Assembly (NCBI GenBank): GCA_965214095.1
Contig: OZ243938.1
Span: forward strand, 4,192,001 to 4,256,000
Length of the DNA stretch: 64,000 nucleotides
DNA from: Candidatus Poribacteria bacterium
GTDB taxonomy: Bacteria > Poribacteria > WGA-4E > WGA-3G
Direction: 5' to 3'
The stretch's first letter is position 1, and every line of letters begins with the position of its first letter. Made by a program: the position numbers and the translations under genes. Under the pieces are notes generated by a model, which was given only the letters and a program-made list of their open reading frames with translations, had not been told where the DNA came from and ran no database searches. Shown here one piece after another: positions 50,185-58,785 of this stretch.

Positions 50185-51780
50185 ATGCGCTGGTTTGAAA
50201 CACGTGGTCCTATTTATCCTGAGGATAACTATTTTGTTTCCCGCACGAAAGAGGTAGAGGATTTTGCAGCTCGTTTGGAAATGGGTCGGTACATTGTCCT
50301 TTTTGCCCCGCGTCAAACAGGGAAAACTACCTTATTCCGTAATGCTCTTGACAGTCTTGAAGAAAAAGAGACTGGTTACATCCCAATACAACTCAATTTT
50401 GAATCTTACGTTGATATTTCAGAATCCTCCTTTTACAAATATTTTAACGATGATCTTCTTACTAAAATAAAGATTGTTCTTGAAAATAGAGGAAATGAAT
50501 TATCTAAAGAATTAACTAATTTTTTGAATACATCTAAGTTTACCGATCATACAACAATGGGAAAGTTTTTTGAAAGACTGGGTCATTTGTTGAGTAATCA
50601 ACGACTTGTTATAATTATTGACGAATTTGATGCTATCCCACCTGATGCTCTAAGAGGATTTCTACATACCCTCCGTCAAATCTATCTCTCCGGAAGAGAA
50701 CGTTGCCCGTACAGTGTTGGTATCGTTGGTGTCAAAAACATAACACAACTCAATTATGACCGTTCAATATCCCCTTTCAATATTCAAGATGAATTTAGAT
50801 TGTCTAATTTCTCACTGGAACAAGTTCAGGAATTGTTATCACAATATACTGAAGAAGTTGGACAACCTTTTGAATCAGAAGTTATCTCTTCTATCCACAA
50901 ACAGACTGCAGGTCAACCTGTTCTTGTCAACCGATTTGCTCAAATACTTACCGAAGAAATGGATATCCCGAAAACTGAATCGATTACAATGGAACACTTT
51001 TCTGAAGCACATTTAAAACTGCTACGCGAAAGAAATACAAATGTAGATCATCTGATAACAAATATCCGAAGAGATAGAAGATTTGAAAAACTTCTTATGA
51101 AGATTGCTTCTACCGATGAACGTGTAGAATTTAGTTTATACAATGAACTCATAAGTGAACTCGCTACTTATGGTGTGGTCGTTGAAGGAACTGATAAATC
51201 GTGTGAAATCGTCAACCCAATCTATCATTATTGCATTATACAAACCTTTAGACCCGCAATAAATGGTCTTGAACAAGATTACCTGCCGGAAGAAACTAAA
51301 GACGGATTTCAAGATTTTCTCACAGCGGATGGACATATTCAGATGGATGCTGTCATGGATAACTTTCGAGATTTTATTGCTCGTGCTGGTTACAAGATTT
51401 TGCAGGTTCCAGACACCCCACAAGAATATGTGGGACAACACCTTCTCTTTGCATATTTGAGTCAGTTTGTGCTTATAATTGGTGGTATGATGTATCTTGA
51501 AGTGCCGACAGGACGTGGAAGAATGGACTTGCTGATACTACATAATAACCGAAAATACATTGTTGAAACGAAAATATGGGGTGGAGTCAACCGATATCAA
51601 TCTGGGAAATCACAACTTGCTGCCTATGTGAAATCTGAGAAGGCGGTGGCAGGATATTATGTTGTGTTTGATCATCGGAATACTCCTGAACCAAAAGATG
51701 AAACAGAAAATATAGATGGATTGTCTATACGGAGTTATGTTATTCCTGTGATACAGGAAATACCAACATCTGTAACGTAG
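50185..51780 (+). CDS. AAA-like (STAND-type) ATPase with C-terminal PD-(D/E)XK nuclease-like domain, copy 2
   Basis: Same length and motifs as copy 1. Confidence 0.82.
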   Translation: MRWFETRGPIYPEDNYFVSRTKEVEDFAARLEMGRYIVLFAPRQTGKTTLFRNALDSLEEKETGYIPIQLNFESYVDISESSFYKYFNDDLLTKIKIVLENRGNELSKELTNFLNTSKFTDHTTMGKFFERLGHLLSNQRLVIIIDEFDAIPPDALRGFLHTLRQIYLSGRERCPYSVGIVGVKNITQLNYDRSISPFNIQDEFRLSNFSLEQVQELLSQYTEEVGQPFESEVISSIHKQTAGQPVLVNRFAQILTEEMDIPKTESITMEHFSEAHLKLLRERNTNVDHLITNIRRDRRFEKLLMKIASTDERVEFSLYNELISELATYGVVVEGTDKSCEIVNPIYHYCIIQTFRPAINGLEQDYLPEETKDGFQDFLTADGHIQMDAVMDNFRDFIARAGYKILQVPDTPQEYVGQHLLFAYLSQFVLIIGGMMYLEVPTGRGRMDLLILHNNRKYIVETKIWGGVNRYQSGKSQLAAYVKSEKAVAGYYVVFDHRNTPEPKDETENIDGLSIRSYVIPVIQEIPTSVT

Positions 51781-51798
51781 TGTTAGAGAAAATGCCAC

Positions 51799-51827
51799 TT
51801 GATATTTCTACCACATATTGATATAAT
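51799..51827 (+). promoter_or_regulatory. Sigma70-type promoter
   Basis: TTGATA-N17-TATAAT with an extended TG. Confidence 0.65.
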
Positions 51828-51892
51828 TTCAAGTATAGGTTGGATCAAAATAACTTTCAAGACTGAATTTGATTAAATACAGGAGAATAGTA

Positions 51893-52546
51893 ATGAAAAA
51901 GTTAATAGTAATCACAACAATTGCTCTAATCTTTGCATCAGGGATTGCAATTGCCACAAACACCCCATTCGTTAAAGGCGAGTATCTTGAAGCACGTTCA
52001 GCAAGCGTCTATGTTGGTGCATGTCATTTCGGTGCTGAATATGTAGAGGGTGGTAGAGAAGCTACACTTGTATGGAATATACATCAAGGTAATTGGAACA
52101 ACGTTACATTAGATGGATTGACCGTTGTTGCAGTTATCAGTGCTGAAGATAACTTAGCCATTGATACGAAAACTCGCAAAAGTGTACTTTATATTGACAG
52201 AAATGCCACACCAGAACAGCATGCAGCACTTTCCAATATGCTAACCACGAAACATGCAGATGTGTTAGGGAATGTAGTTGCTACACAAATCGCACCTATA
52301 TTATACTCAAAAAAGGGAACAAAATATGATGTTACGGTTGGGAAAGTTTTGACACTTTCTGTGAACCGCTATCCTTGCGCGAAATGCACACAGCCTCATC
52401 AAATCTGGTATGAAACTCTTACAAAAGTCAAGGATGCTATTGTAGGAAAATCTGAAGTCTATCAATATAAAGATACGTATCTTCCGGTTAACTGGCAACA
52501 AGGGGACGCAGCCAATAACGTTTTTGTCGGTAGTTTTTCTATGTAA
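51893..52546 (+). CDS. Secreted DUF1326-like protein
   Basis: Signal peptide; GEYLEARSASVYVGACHFGAE; LYIDRNATPEQ. Confidence 0.65.
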   Translation: MKKLIVITTIALIFASGIAIATNTPFVKGEYLEARSASVYVGACHFGAEYVEGGREATLVWNIHQGNWNNVTLDGLTVVAVISAEDNLAIDTKTRKSVLYIDRNATPEQHAALSNMLTTKHADVLGNVVATQIAPILYSKKGTKYDVTVGKVLTLSVNRYPCAKCTQPHQIWYETLTKVKDAIVGKSEVYQYKDTYLPVNWQQGDAANNVFVGSFSM

Positions 52547-52553
52547 TTTATAG

Positions 52554-52600
52554 ATGCTTGTAGTTGCTAATCACTGGTAACTACAAGCATTCTTCTTTTG
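52554..52600 (+). terminator. Intrinsic terminator
   Basis: ATGCTTGTAGTT...AACTACAAGCAT stem followed by TCTTCTTTT. Confidence 0.7.
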
Positions 52601-52647
52601 CTTACATCAGAATTGATGGTTAGTAAATAATCTGAATAGGAGCAAGA

Positions 52648-53505
52648 ATGGGTACAGACACAACATCCGAAGAACGACAATTCGGACTAACTCCTGAAGA
52701 AAAATCATCTTGGGAGGAGAACGGATATTTTGTCCGCAATGATGTTTTTACAAAAAAAGAAAATGACATTATCGCAAATATCGCAGATGAAATTGCTGAA
52801 CGAAAAAGAACTTTTCCAGAATATCATATATTTGAAAATGCTTTAGTATTAGATGGTAAAGTTGAAGAATCTGGTATCTATGCGATGCATAATATCCAAT
52901 ATGTAAGTTGTAACTGTCAAGAATTCCTTGAACGCACACGCGACACACGTCTTACGGATCCAGTAGTTGATATTCTCGGTCCAGATATACTCGGACTCAA
53001 CAATCTTTATATTTGGAAACCACCAAAAATTGGGTTAGGTTTCCCGTGGCATCAAGATAAATGGTATTTCAACCATCAATATAAAACGGGAACTACTGTT
53101 GCTACATGGACTGCTATTGATGATGCAGATGTAGAAAATGGGTGTCTATATGTTATACCTGGAAGTCATAAGCATGAAGTCTATGATCATTTAAAGATGG
53201 ATGGTTCACAACAAGGAGAGTTCAGACAAGCAGCAGGGGTTCGCGATGAAGATGGTGTTCCAGTGGAAGCACCTGCTGGTGCTGTCATCTGGTTTAATAG
53301 CCAAGTCCTACATAAAAGCACAGATAACGACAGTGATCGCTTCAGACGTTCAAATGTTGCACACTATATTGACGCACGAACTGAATGGATACGTCCTGAA
53401 GCAATAAATATCAAACGTCCTCCCATGTGGATACGCGGGAAAACCTATCCCGGTATGGAAAAAGAAGTTCAATGGGATGTAATTCCAATTATTGAATCTG
53501 ATTAG
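52648..53505 (+). CDS. Phytanoyl-CoA dioxygenase (PhyH) family Fe(II)/2OG oxygenase
   Basis: PWHQD...LHKS...RR facial triad and NGCLYVIPGSHK. Confidence 0.92.
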   Translation: MGTDTTSEERQFGLTPEEKSSWEENGYFVRNDVFTKKENDIIANIADEIAERKRTFPEYHIFENALVLDGKVEESGIYAMHNIQYVSCNCQEFLERTRDTRLTDPVVDILGPDILGLNNLYIWKPPKIGLGFPWHQDKWYFNHQYKTGTTVATWTAIDDADVENGCLYVIPGSHKHEVYDHLKMDGSQQGEFRQAAGVRDEDGVPVEAPAGAVIWFNSQVLHKSTDNDSDRFRRSNVAHYIDARTEWIRPEAINIKRPPMWIRGKTYPGMEKEVQWDVIPIIESD

Positions 53506-53527
53506 CAGTAAGTAAGGTTGATCAATT

Positions 53528-54505
53528 ATGAATTTAGTACCAAAAGAGTTTATCCGTGTTTTACCAGATATTCTTAGAGACTTTATTGGTGAAATTTTCC
53601 AGAATGCAGGTGTTTCACAAGCAGATGCTGTCCACATATCAAACCTACTTGTTCAAACGGATCTGCGCGGTGTGTTTAGTCATGGCACGCGTCAGACCCC
53701 CGGTTATGTTGGAATGATGCTTGATGGAAAGGTTAATCCAAAACCAAATGTGCAATGCCTTGATGAATCACCGACAACTGCAGTCTTTGATGGTGATGGG
53801 GGAATGGGACACTTTGCCTCTTATCAAGCAGCAGAGGCAGCAGTCAATAAGGCAAAAGAGATGGGAATGGGAGCGGCAACGAGCCGAAATCACTTCCATT
53901 TTGGTAGTGCTGGCAAGTATACGCGACTCGCTCTTGAAGTGGATTGTGTTGGGTTTGCGGTGTCTTGTCATCGATTTAGACATGGTTCTGGTGGAACAAT
54001 CATCAATGCGACTGGAGCGTCTCCAATGAGTTTTGCCATTCCAGCAGGAAATCAACCACCCATAGTCGTTGATATGGCAATAGGTATTGATGCAAGACTA
54101 CCATTAGACCAGGCTTTTGAAAATAGTCCGGCGGCTTTTTTTAAGATGTTGGGTTTAAGTCATGTAAGTCATGCGCTTGGCGGTTTTATGGCAGGAATAT
54201 GGTTGTTTGACAAACCCCCAGATCCACCAACAATCTGGGAAGGTGCTAATCAAGGTGCATTCATTGCTGCATTTGATATTTCACGGTTCCGACCAATTGA
54301 TGAGTTTAAGGCTGAGATTGACCAACATATCCAAGATGCACGACAGATGCAACCTGCCCCGGGTTATGACAGAGCTGACCTACCGGGAGGCTTAGAATGG
54401 GAACGTGAACAGGAATGGACTGAAATCGGTATTCCCATAGGAACTGATCACCAACAACAGTTGAAAAATGTTGCTGAACGGGTTGGTGTTCCTGTACCAT
54501 TCTAA
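53528..54505 (+). CDS. Ldh_2 (malate/L-lactate/sulfolactate dehydrogenase) family oxidoreductase
   Basis: DLRGVFSHG, DGDGGMG, RNHFHFG and VVDMA motifs. Confidence 0.88.
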   Translation: MNLVPKEFIRVLPDILRDFIGEIFQNAGVSQADAVHISNLLVQTDLRGVFSHGTRQTPGYVGMMLDGKVNPKPNVQCLDESPTTAVFDGDGGMGHFASYQAAEAAVNKAKEMGMGAATSRNHFHFGSAGKYTRLALEVDCVGFAVSCHRFRHGSGGTIINATGASPMSFAIPAGNQPPIVVDMAIGIDARLPLDQAFENSPAAFFKMLGLSHVSHALGGFMAGIWLFDKPPDPPTIWEGANQGAFIAAFDISRFRPIDEFKAEIDQHIQDARQMQPAPGYDRADLPGGLEWEREQEWTEIGIPIGTDHQQQLKNVAERVGVPVPF

Positions 54506-54536
54506 TCCAAACAACAAGTATATCAGAGGAGATTTA

Positions 54537-55400
54537 ATGGACACAGATACTTCATCAGAAGAGAGAAAGTATAGGCTAACCCCTGAAGAACAGTCATCTT
54601 GGGAGGAAAACGGTTATTTTATTCGTTATGATGTTTTTAAGAAAGAAGAAAATGATGTGTTACGTCAAATCGCTGATGAAATAGCTGAAAGAAAACGTCC
54701 TTTCCCAGCAGCAAATGTGCACCATAATGCCTTAGTTAGAGATGGTAAAGTTGAGGCATCTGGTATCCACGCGATGCATTGTATTCACCATATCAACCAT
54801 TATTCTCCTGAATTCCTGACACGAACACGGGATCCGCGTCTAACAGATCCTGTTGTGGACTTAATAGGTGAAAATATACTGGGGCTCAATAATCTGTATA
54901 TATGGAAACCACCAGAAATCGGATTAGGCTTCCCGTGGCATCAAGACAAATGGTATTTTAACCGAAACTATATTACAGAAAGCACTGTCGGTACGTGGTC
55001 AGCTTTTGATGCAGCAGATCGTGATAATGGGTGTTTATATGTTATCCCCGGTAGTCATAAATATGGCGTACTTGAACATGAAGACCTTGATGGAGCACAA
55101 CAGAATGAGTTTAAGGTAGCGCGCGATGCAAGAGACGAAGATGGTGTCGCGGTTGAAGTGCCACCGGGAGCGGTTGTGTGGTTCAACAATTCTATCCTAC
55201 ACAAAAGCACTGATAACAAAAGCAAGCGTTTCAGACGTTGTAGTGTCGCACATTATATCGGTGCAGATTCTGAACGACTCCCCAAAAAACAAGCAATTAA
55301 AGTCCGACCTGTAATGTGGGTGCGCGGTGATACACATTCAGAAAAAATGGAACCAGTCCACCACGATGTCTTACCTTTCCCTGAAGATTTGGAGGACTAA
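54537..55400 (+). CDS. PhyH family dioxygenase, paralogue 2
   Basis: PWHQDKWY and LHKS motifs; start MDTDT after GAGGAG. Confidence 0.92.
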   Translation: MDTDTSSEERKYRLTPEEQSSWEENGYFIRYDVFKKEENDVLRQIADEIAERKRPFPAANVHHNALVRDGKVEASGIHAMHCIHHINHYSPEFLTRTRDPRLTDPVVDLIGENILGLNNLYIWKPPEIGLGFPWHQDKWYFNRNYITESTVGTWSAFDAADRDNGCLYVIPGSHKYGVLEHEDLDGAQQNEFKVARDARDEDGVAVEVPPGAVVWFNNSILHKSTDNKSKRFRRCSVAHYIGADSERLPKKQAIKVRPVMWVRGDTHSEKMEPVHHDVLPFPEDLED

Positions 55401-56254
55401 TGGAACACCACAAATCAATGCCAAGTGAATTTGCTATGACACCCGATGAACTTTCTTTTTGGGATGAAAACGGATACATTGTCCGATATGACGTTTTCAC
55501 AGAAGAAGAAAACGATGTTCTCCGTCAGATTGCTGATGACATCGCTAATGGAAAAAGACCTTTCCCCGCAGATAATATAAACCAAAATGCATTAGTTAGA
55601 GATGGTAAAGTTGAAGCATCCGGTATCCAGGCGATGCACAAAATCCATCATGTAAGTGTTTATATCCCTGAATTTCTTGCGCGTGTTCGCGACCCGAGAC
55701 TAACCGACCCCATTGTTGATTTACTCGGACCAAATATACTCGGACTCGGCAATCTGTATATCTGGAAATCTCCAAAGATTGGTTTGGGTTTCCCGTGGCA
55801 TCAAGATAAATGGTATTTTAACTGGCAATATAAAACCGAGATGACAGTCGGGACGTGGACTGCAATTGATGCTGCCGACAAAGACAATGGATGTTTATAT
55901 GTTATACCGGGTAGTCACAAGTTAGGTATACTCAAACATGAGGACTTAGAGGGTCCACAGCAAAATGAGTTCAAAATTGCTCGTGATGCAAAGGACGAAG
56001 ATGGAGTTGCAGTTGAAGTGCCACCGGGTGCGGTTATTTGGTTCAACAACCAACTATTACACAAAAGCACTGATAATCACAGCCTACGTTTTAGGCGGTG
56101 TAACGTCGCACATTATATCAGTGCAAACGCAGAACGTATACCTAAGAAAGAGGGGGCTAATATACGTCCTGTGATGTGGGTCCGTGGTGATACTTACTCA
56201 GAAAAGATGGAACCAGTAATTCGTGACACTTTACCGATTCCAGATGCTGAATAA
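55400..56254 (+). CDS. PhyH family dioxygenase, paralogue 3
   Basis: PWHQDKWY and LHKS motifs; TAATG translational coupling. Confidence 0.92.
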   Translation: MEHHKSMPSEFAMTPDELSFWDENGYIVRYDVFTEEENDVLRQIADDIANGKRPFPADNINQNALVRDGKVEASGIQAMHKIHHVSVYIPEFLARVRDPRLTDPIVDLLGPNILGLGNLYIWKSPKIGLGFPWHQDKWYFNWQYKTEMTVGTWTAIDAADKDNGCLYVIPGSHKLGILKHEDLEGPQQNEFKIARDAKDEDGVAVEVPPGAVIWFNNQLLHKSTDNHSLRFRRCNVAHYISANAERIPKKEGANIRPVMWVRGDTYSEKMEPVIRDTLPIPDAE

Positions 56255-56340
56255 ACAGCAAAGCTATATGTTTTTTGCACTACTCCCAAGAAATAATACC
56301 ATTTCTAAATAATACCTTCTCACTATCACAATAGTTGTAA

Positions 56341-56468
56341 TCGTGCAACTCATACTACCTCTTACATTAATAGTAGTAGGCACGCTCCGCGTGCCGTCTA
56401 TCTGTCGTGCAACTTATACCACCTCTTACATTAATAGTAGTAGGCACGCTCCGCGTGCCGTCTATCTT
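56341..56468. repeat. Tandem 2 x 64-bp unit carrying a GTAG-REP
   Basis: TCGTGCAACTyATACyACCTCTTACATTAATAGTAGTAGGCACGCTCCGCGTGCCGTCTATCT repeated; hairpin GGCACGC-TCC-GCGTGCC with a GTAG foot. Confidence 0.88.
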
Positions 56469-56639
56469 CTGAATAACACCTTGAAACTTCAAACTCTTAT
56501 CCTGGAAATCTACTAATCCTGCAAATCCTGGTTCAGACAAATCTAATCAAAATCTACCATAATCCTATTAAGCATCTACACTTTTTCTTTGACATTGACA
56601 ACTCACATCAATATACTTGCAAGTACTTGGATATGCTTA

Positions 56640-56752
56640 TACCATTTCTATAAATGTTTATCCCATTAACAATTTGTTAAGAATGTCTTGTAGGATGGCA
56701 CAAACTGGCAGTTTGTGCTACAAAAATGCAGCGTTCTCTATTAGAAATGGTA
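56640..56752 (+). mobile_element. 113-bp MITE with internal REP (copy 1)
   Basis: TIR TACCATTTCTA/TAGAAATGGTA, TTA on both flanks, internal GCACAAACTGGCAGTTTGTGCTAC. Confidence 0.85.
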
Positions 56753-56797
56753 TTATTATGATTTCATCACATTAGAAAGAAATATCTGGAGGATTAT

Positions 56798-58549
56798 ATG
56801 CCTAAATTCCCTATAAGAATAATCGTAGTTGTTATATTACATTTCATTATACTCAGTCCAGTTGTATCTACAAAAGCACAGAAACCTGATTTTCCTGAAG
56901 GGATGCCAATTGTAGAACGTCCCTTTACAGACGATCCAGAAAAATTTACTTTTGCAATCATTGGAGACAAAACAGGTGGTGGATTGAATAAATGGCACAT
57001 TTTTGACCGATCCATAGATGAGATCAACACCCTGAAACCTGACTTTGCTATCATGGTTGGGGATCTTATCCAAGGGGATACATCTGACAAGGGACAATTG
57101 GATACAGAATGGAAGGAATTTTGGGAGCATCAATCTAAATTAAACATCCCATTTCTGCCATTACCTGGGAATCATGACATTACGAATCGTGTTATGTATG
57201 ACTACTGGGTAAAACACATTGGTCGCACCTATTCTGCATTTACATATAAGAACTGTCTTTTTCTTTTACTCAATACAGAGGAATGGCATACGAATAGTGG
57301 TGAATGGACAAATTGGTTTGGAGAGGAACAGATTAAATATGTTCATACGCAACTACAATTATACACTGATGTGCGACATACATTTGTCATGTTACATAGA
57401 CCGCTATGGCTGCAGAAACACTCAGGCTGGGATGAGATTGAAGAAGTACTCGGTGAAAGACCATACACTGTATTTGCAGGACACTATCACAACCTAACAC
57501 TCCATAACCGTAATGATCGTAGATATTTTGTACTCGGTGCAACGGGGGGTGGTTTCACACCACAGGAAGTCAAAGAATATGGTGCATTTGACCACTATAG
57601 TCTTGTCACTGTGGATAATGATGATGTCAATATCGCAATCATAGAACCGGGTAACATACATCCTGCCGACATAGCGACCTCAATGTTCAGAGACAAGGTA
57701 TCCAAGCTACTCAATTTTAAACCTAATTTCAAACTAACAAACTATCAATCTATTTCCAGTGGAAACCTTGAGATAACATTTGAAAACACTCTTGAAAAAC
57801 CGATACAGTTTGATTTAGTGTTTACCCCTAATGAAAAGTGGCAGATCACACCAAACAAACTATCAATTGACACGAAACCCGGTCAAACTTCAAAAACAAA
57901 CGTTACTCTTACGGTGTCATCTGACGATTTCATTCCTTTTCCAATCTACAAATATTCAGTTTTATATGGTGGTGAACAACTGCTAAGTGGAACAAGATTG
58001 TTTCACCCGATTGAAAGAGAACACATGCGTGTGCTAAAAAACTGGATGTTACTCGGTCCATTTGAGCTTGGTTTAAAGAAGGCACCAACCAACACAAAGG
58101 ATGCTCCGCAACAGTTTTTTGAGATACCGATTGAAGAAGTAGACCTTGATGAAGTCTATCAAGGAAAATCAGGAGAAATCGGATGGCAAAAACACATTTC
58201 TGAAATAGAACGGATCAAATTAGATAAACTATTTGGTAATGCTGAGATGGCTTACGGTTATGGGGTTACCTATATCAAGAGTCCATCAGAAAAACGAGTA
58301 TTTGCACAAATGGGTTGGGGGAGTAACCTCGGTAAATTATTTCTTAACGGCGAAGAGATTCATGACGCTGCGATCCCCGGTGAAAATCTGTATTCGTGGT
58401 GGGCACATTTTGAAATGACATTGAAGGAAGGTTGGAACACATTGACAGTTCTGTCTGCAGATTATAATGGATGGTGGGATTTTCGCATGGAGATTGCTGA
58501 TCCTGCTGATGAGTTAATGTTTAGTTCTCAACCAAAAGAAACTGAATAA
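56798..58549 (+). CDS. Secreted calcineurin-like metallophosphoesterase with C-terminal beta-sandwich domains
   Basis: Signal peptide; IIGD, VGDLI, PGNHD, LHRP and FAGHYH motifs. Confidence 0.88.
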   Translation: MPKFPIRIIVVVILHFIILSPVVSTKAQKPDFPEGMPIVERPFTDDPEKFTFAIIGDKTGGGLNKWHIFDRSIDEINTLKPDFAIMVGDLIQGDTSDKGQLDTEWKEFWEHQSKLNIPFLPLPGNHDITNRVMYDYWVKHIGRTYSAFTYKNCLFLLLNTEEWHTNSGEWTNWFGEEQIKYVHTQLQLYTDVRHTFVMLHRPLWLQKHSGWDEIEEVLGERPYTVFAGHYHNLTLHNRNDRRYFVLGATGGGFTPQEVKEYGAFDHYSLVTVDNDDVNIAIIEPGNIHPADIATSMFRDKVSKLLNFKPNFKLTNYQSISSGNLEITFENTLEKPIQFDLVFTPNEKWQITPNKLSIDTKPGQTSKTNVTLTVSSDDFIPFPIYKYSVLYGGEQLLSGTRLFHPIEREHMRVLKNWMLLGPFELGLKKAPTNTKDAPQQFFEIPIEEVDLDEVYQGKSGEIGWQKHISEIERIKLDKLFGNAEMAYGYGVTYIKSPSEKRVFAQMGWGSNLGKLFLNGEEIHDAAIPGENLYSWWAHFEMTLKEGWNTLTVLSADYNGWWDFRMEIADPADELMFSSQPKETE

Positions 58550-58591
58550 TATCGTTGGTGTTCCTGTCTGAACCATTATTTACCAAACGTT

Positions 58592-58635
58592 GCGGTGTGA
58601 AAGCCAAAGTCTTTAGATTTGGGCTTTCACACCGC
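58592..58635. repeat. Long hairpin between convergent genes with an IS605-like CTTTAG loop
   Basis: GCGGTGTGAAAGCC-AAAGTCTTTAGATTTG-GGCTTTCACACCGC. Confidence 0.6.
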
Positions 58636-58649
58636 CAAAAACCTTATTA

Positions 58650-58761
58650 TACCGTTTCTAATAGAAAACTTCGCATTTTTGTAGCACAAACTGCCAGTTT
58701 GTGTGCTCCTTCAAGACATTCTTAACAAATATTAATGGGATAAACATTCATAGAAATGGTA
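58650..58761 (-). mobile_element. 112-bp MITE with internal REP (copy 2, inverted)
   Basis: Reverse complement of 56640-56752 with some substitutions; TACCGTTTCTA/TAGAAATGGTA termini and TTA on both flanks. Confidence 0.85.
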
Positions 58762-58785
58762 TTACACAAAATTATGAAAGACTCT

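Larger units (their letters stand above)
48454..51782 (+). repeat. Direct tandem duplication with a 1674-bp period
   Basis: 48454-50108 and 50128-51782 are co-linear, including the upstream leader TAATTCTCTAAGCAYTTAGAGGAGAATAGAT. Confidence 0.95.

Noticed and set aside
49438-51312. Diversity-generating retroelement TR/VR pair
   Set aside because: Differences are not adenine-specific, both copies are full coding genes, and no reverse transcriptase is present in the window.
56341-56468. Possible CRISPR array
   Set aside because: Only two units, the would-be spacers are near-identical, and no cas genes are present. It is a tandem duplication.
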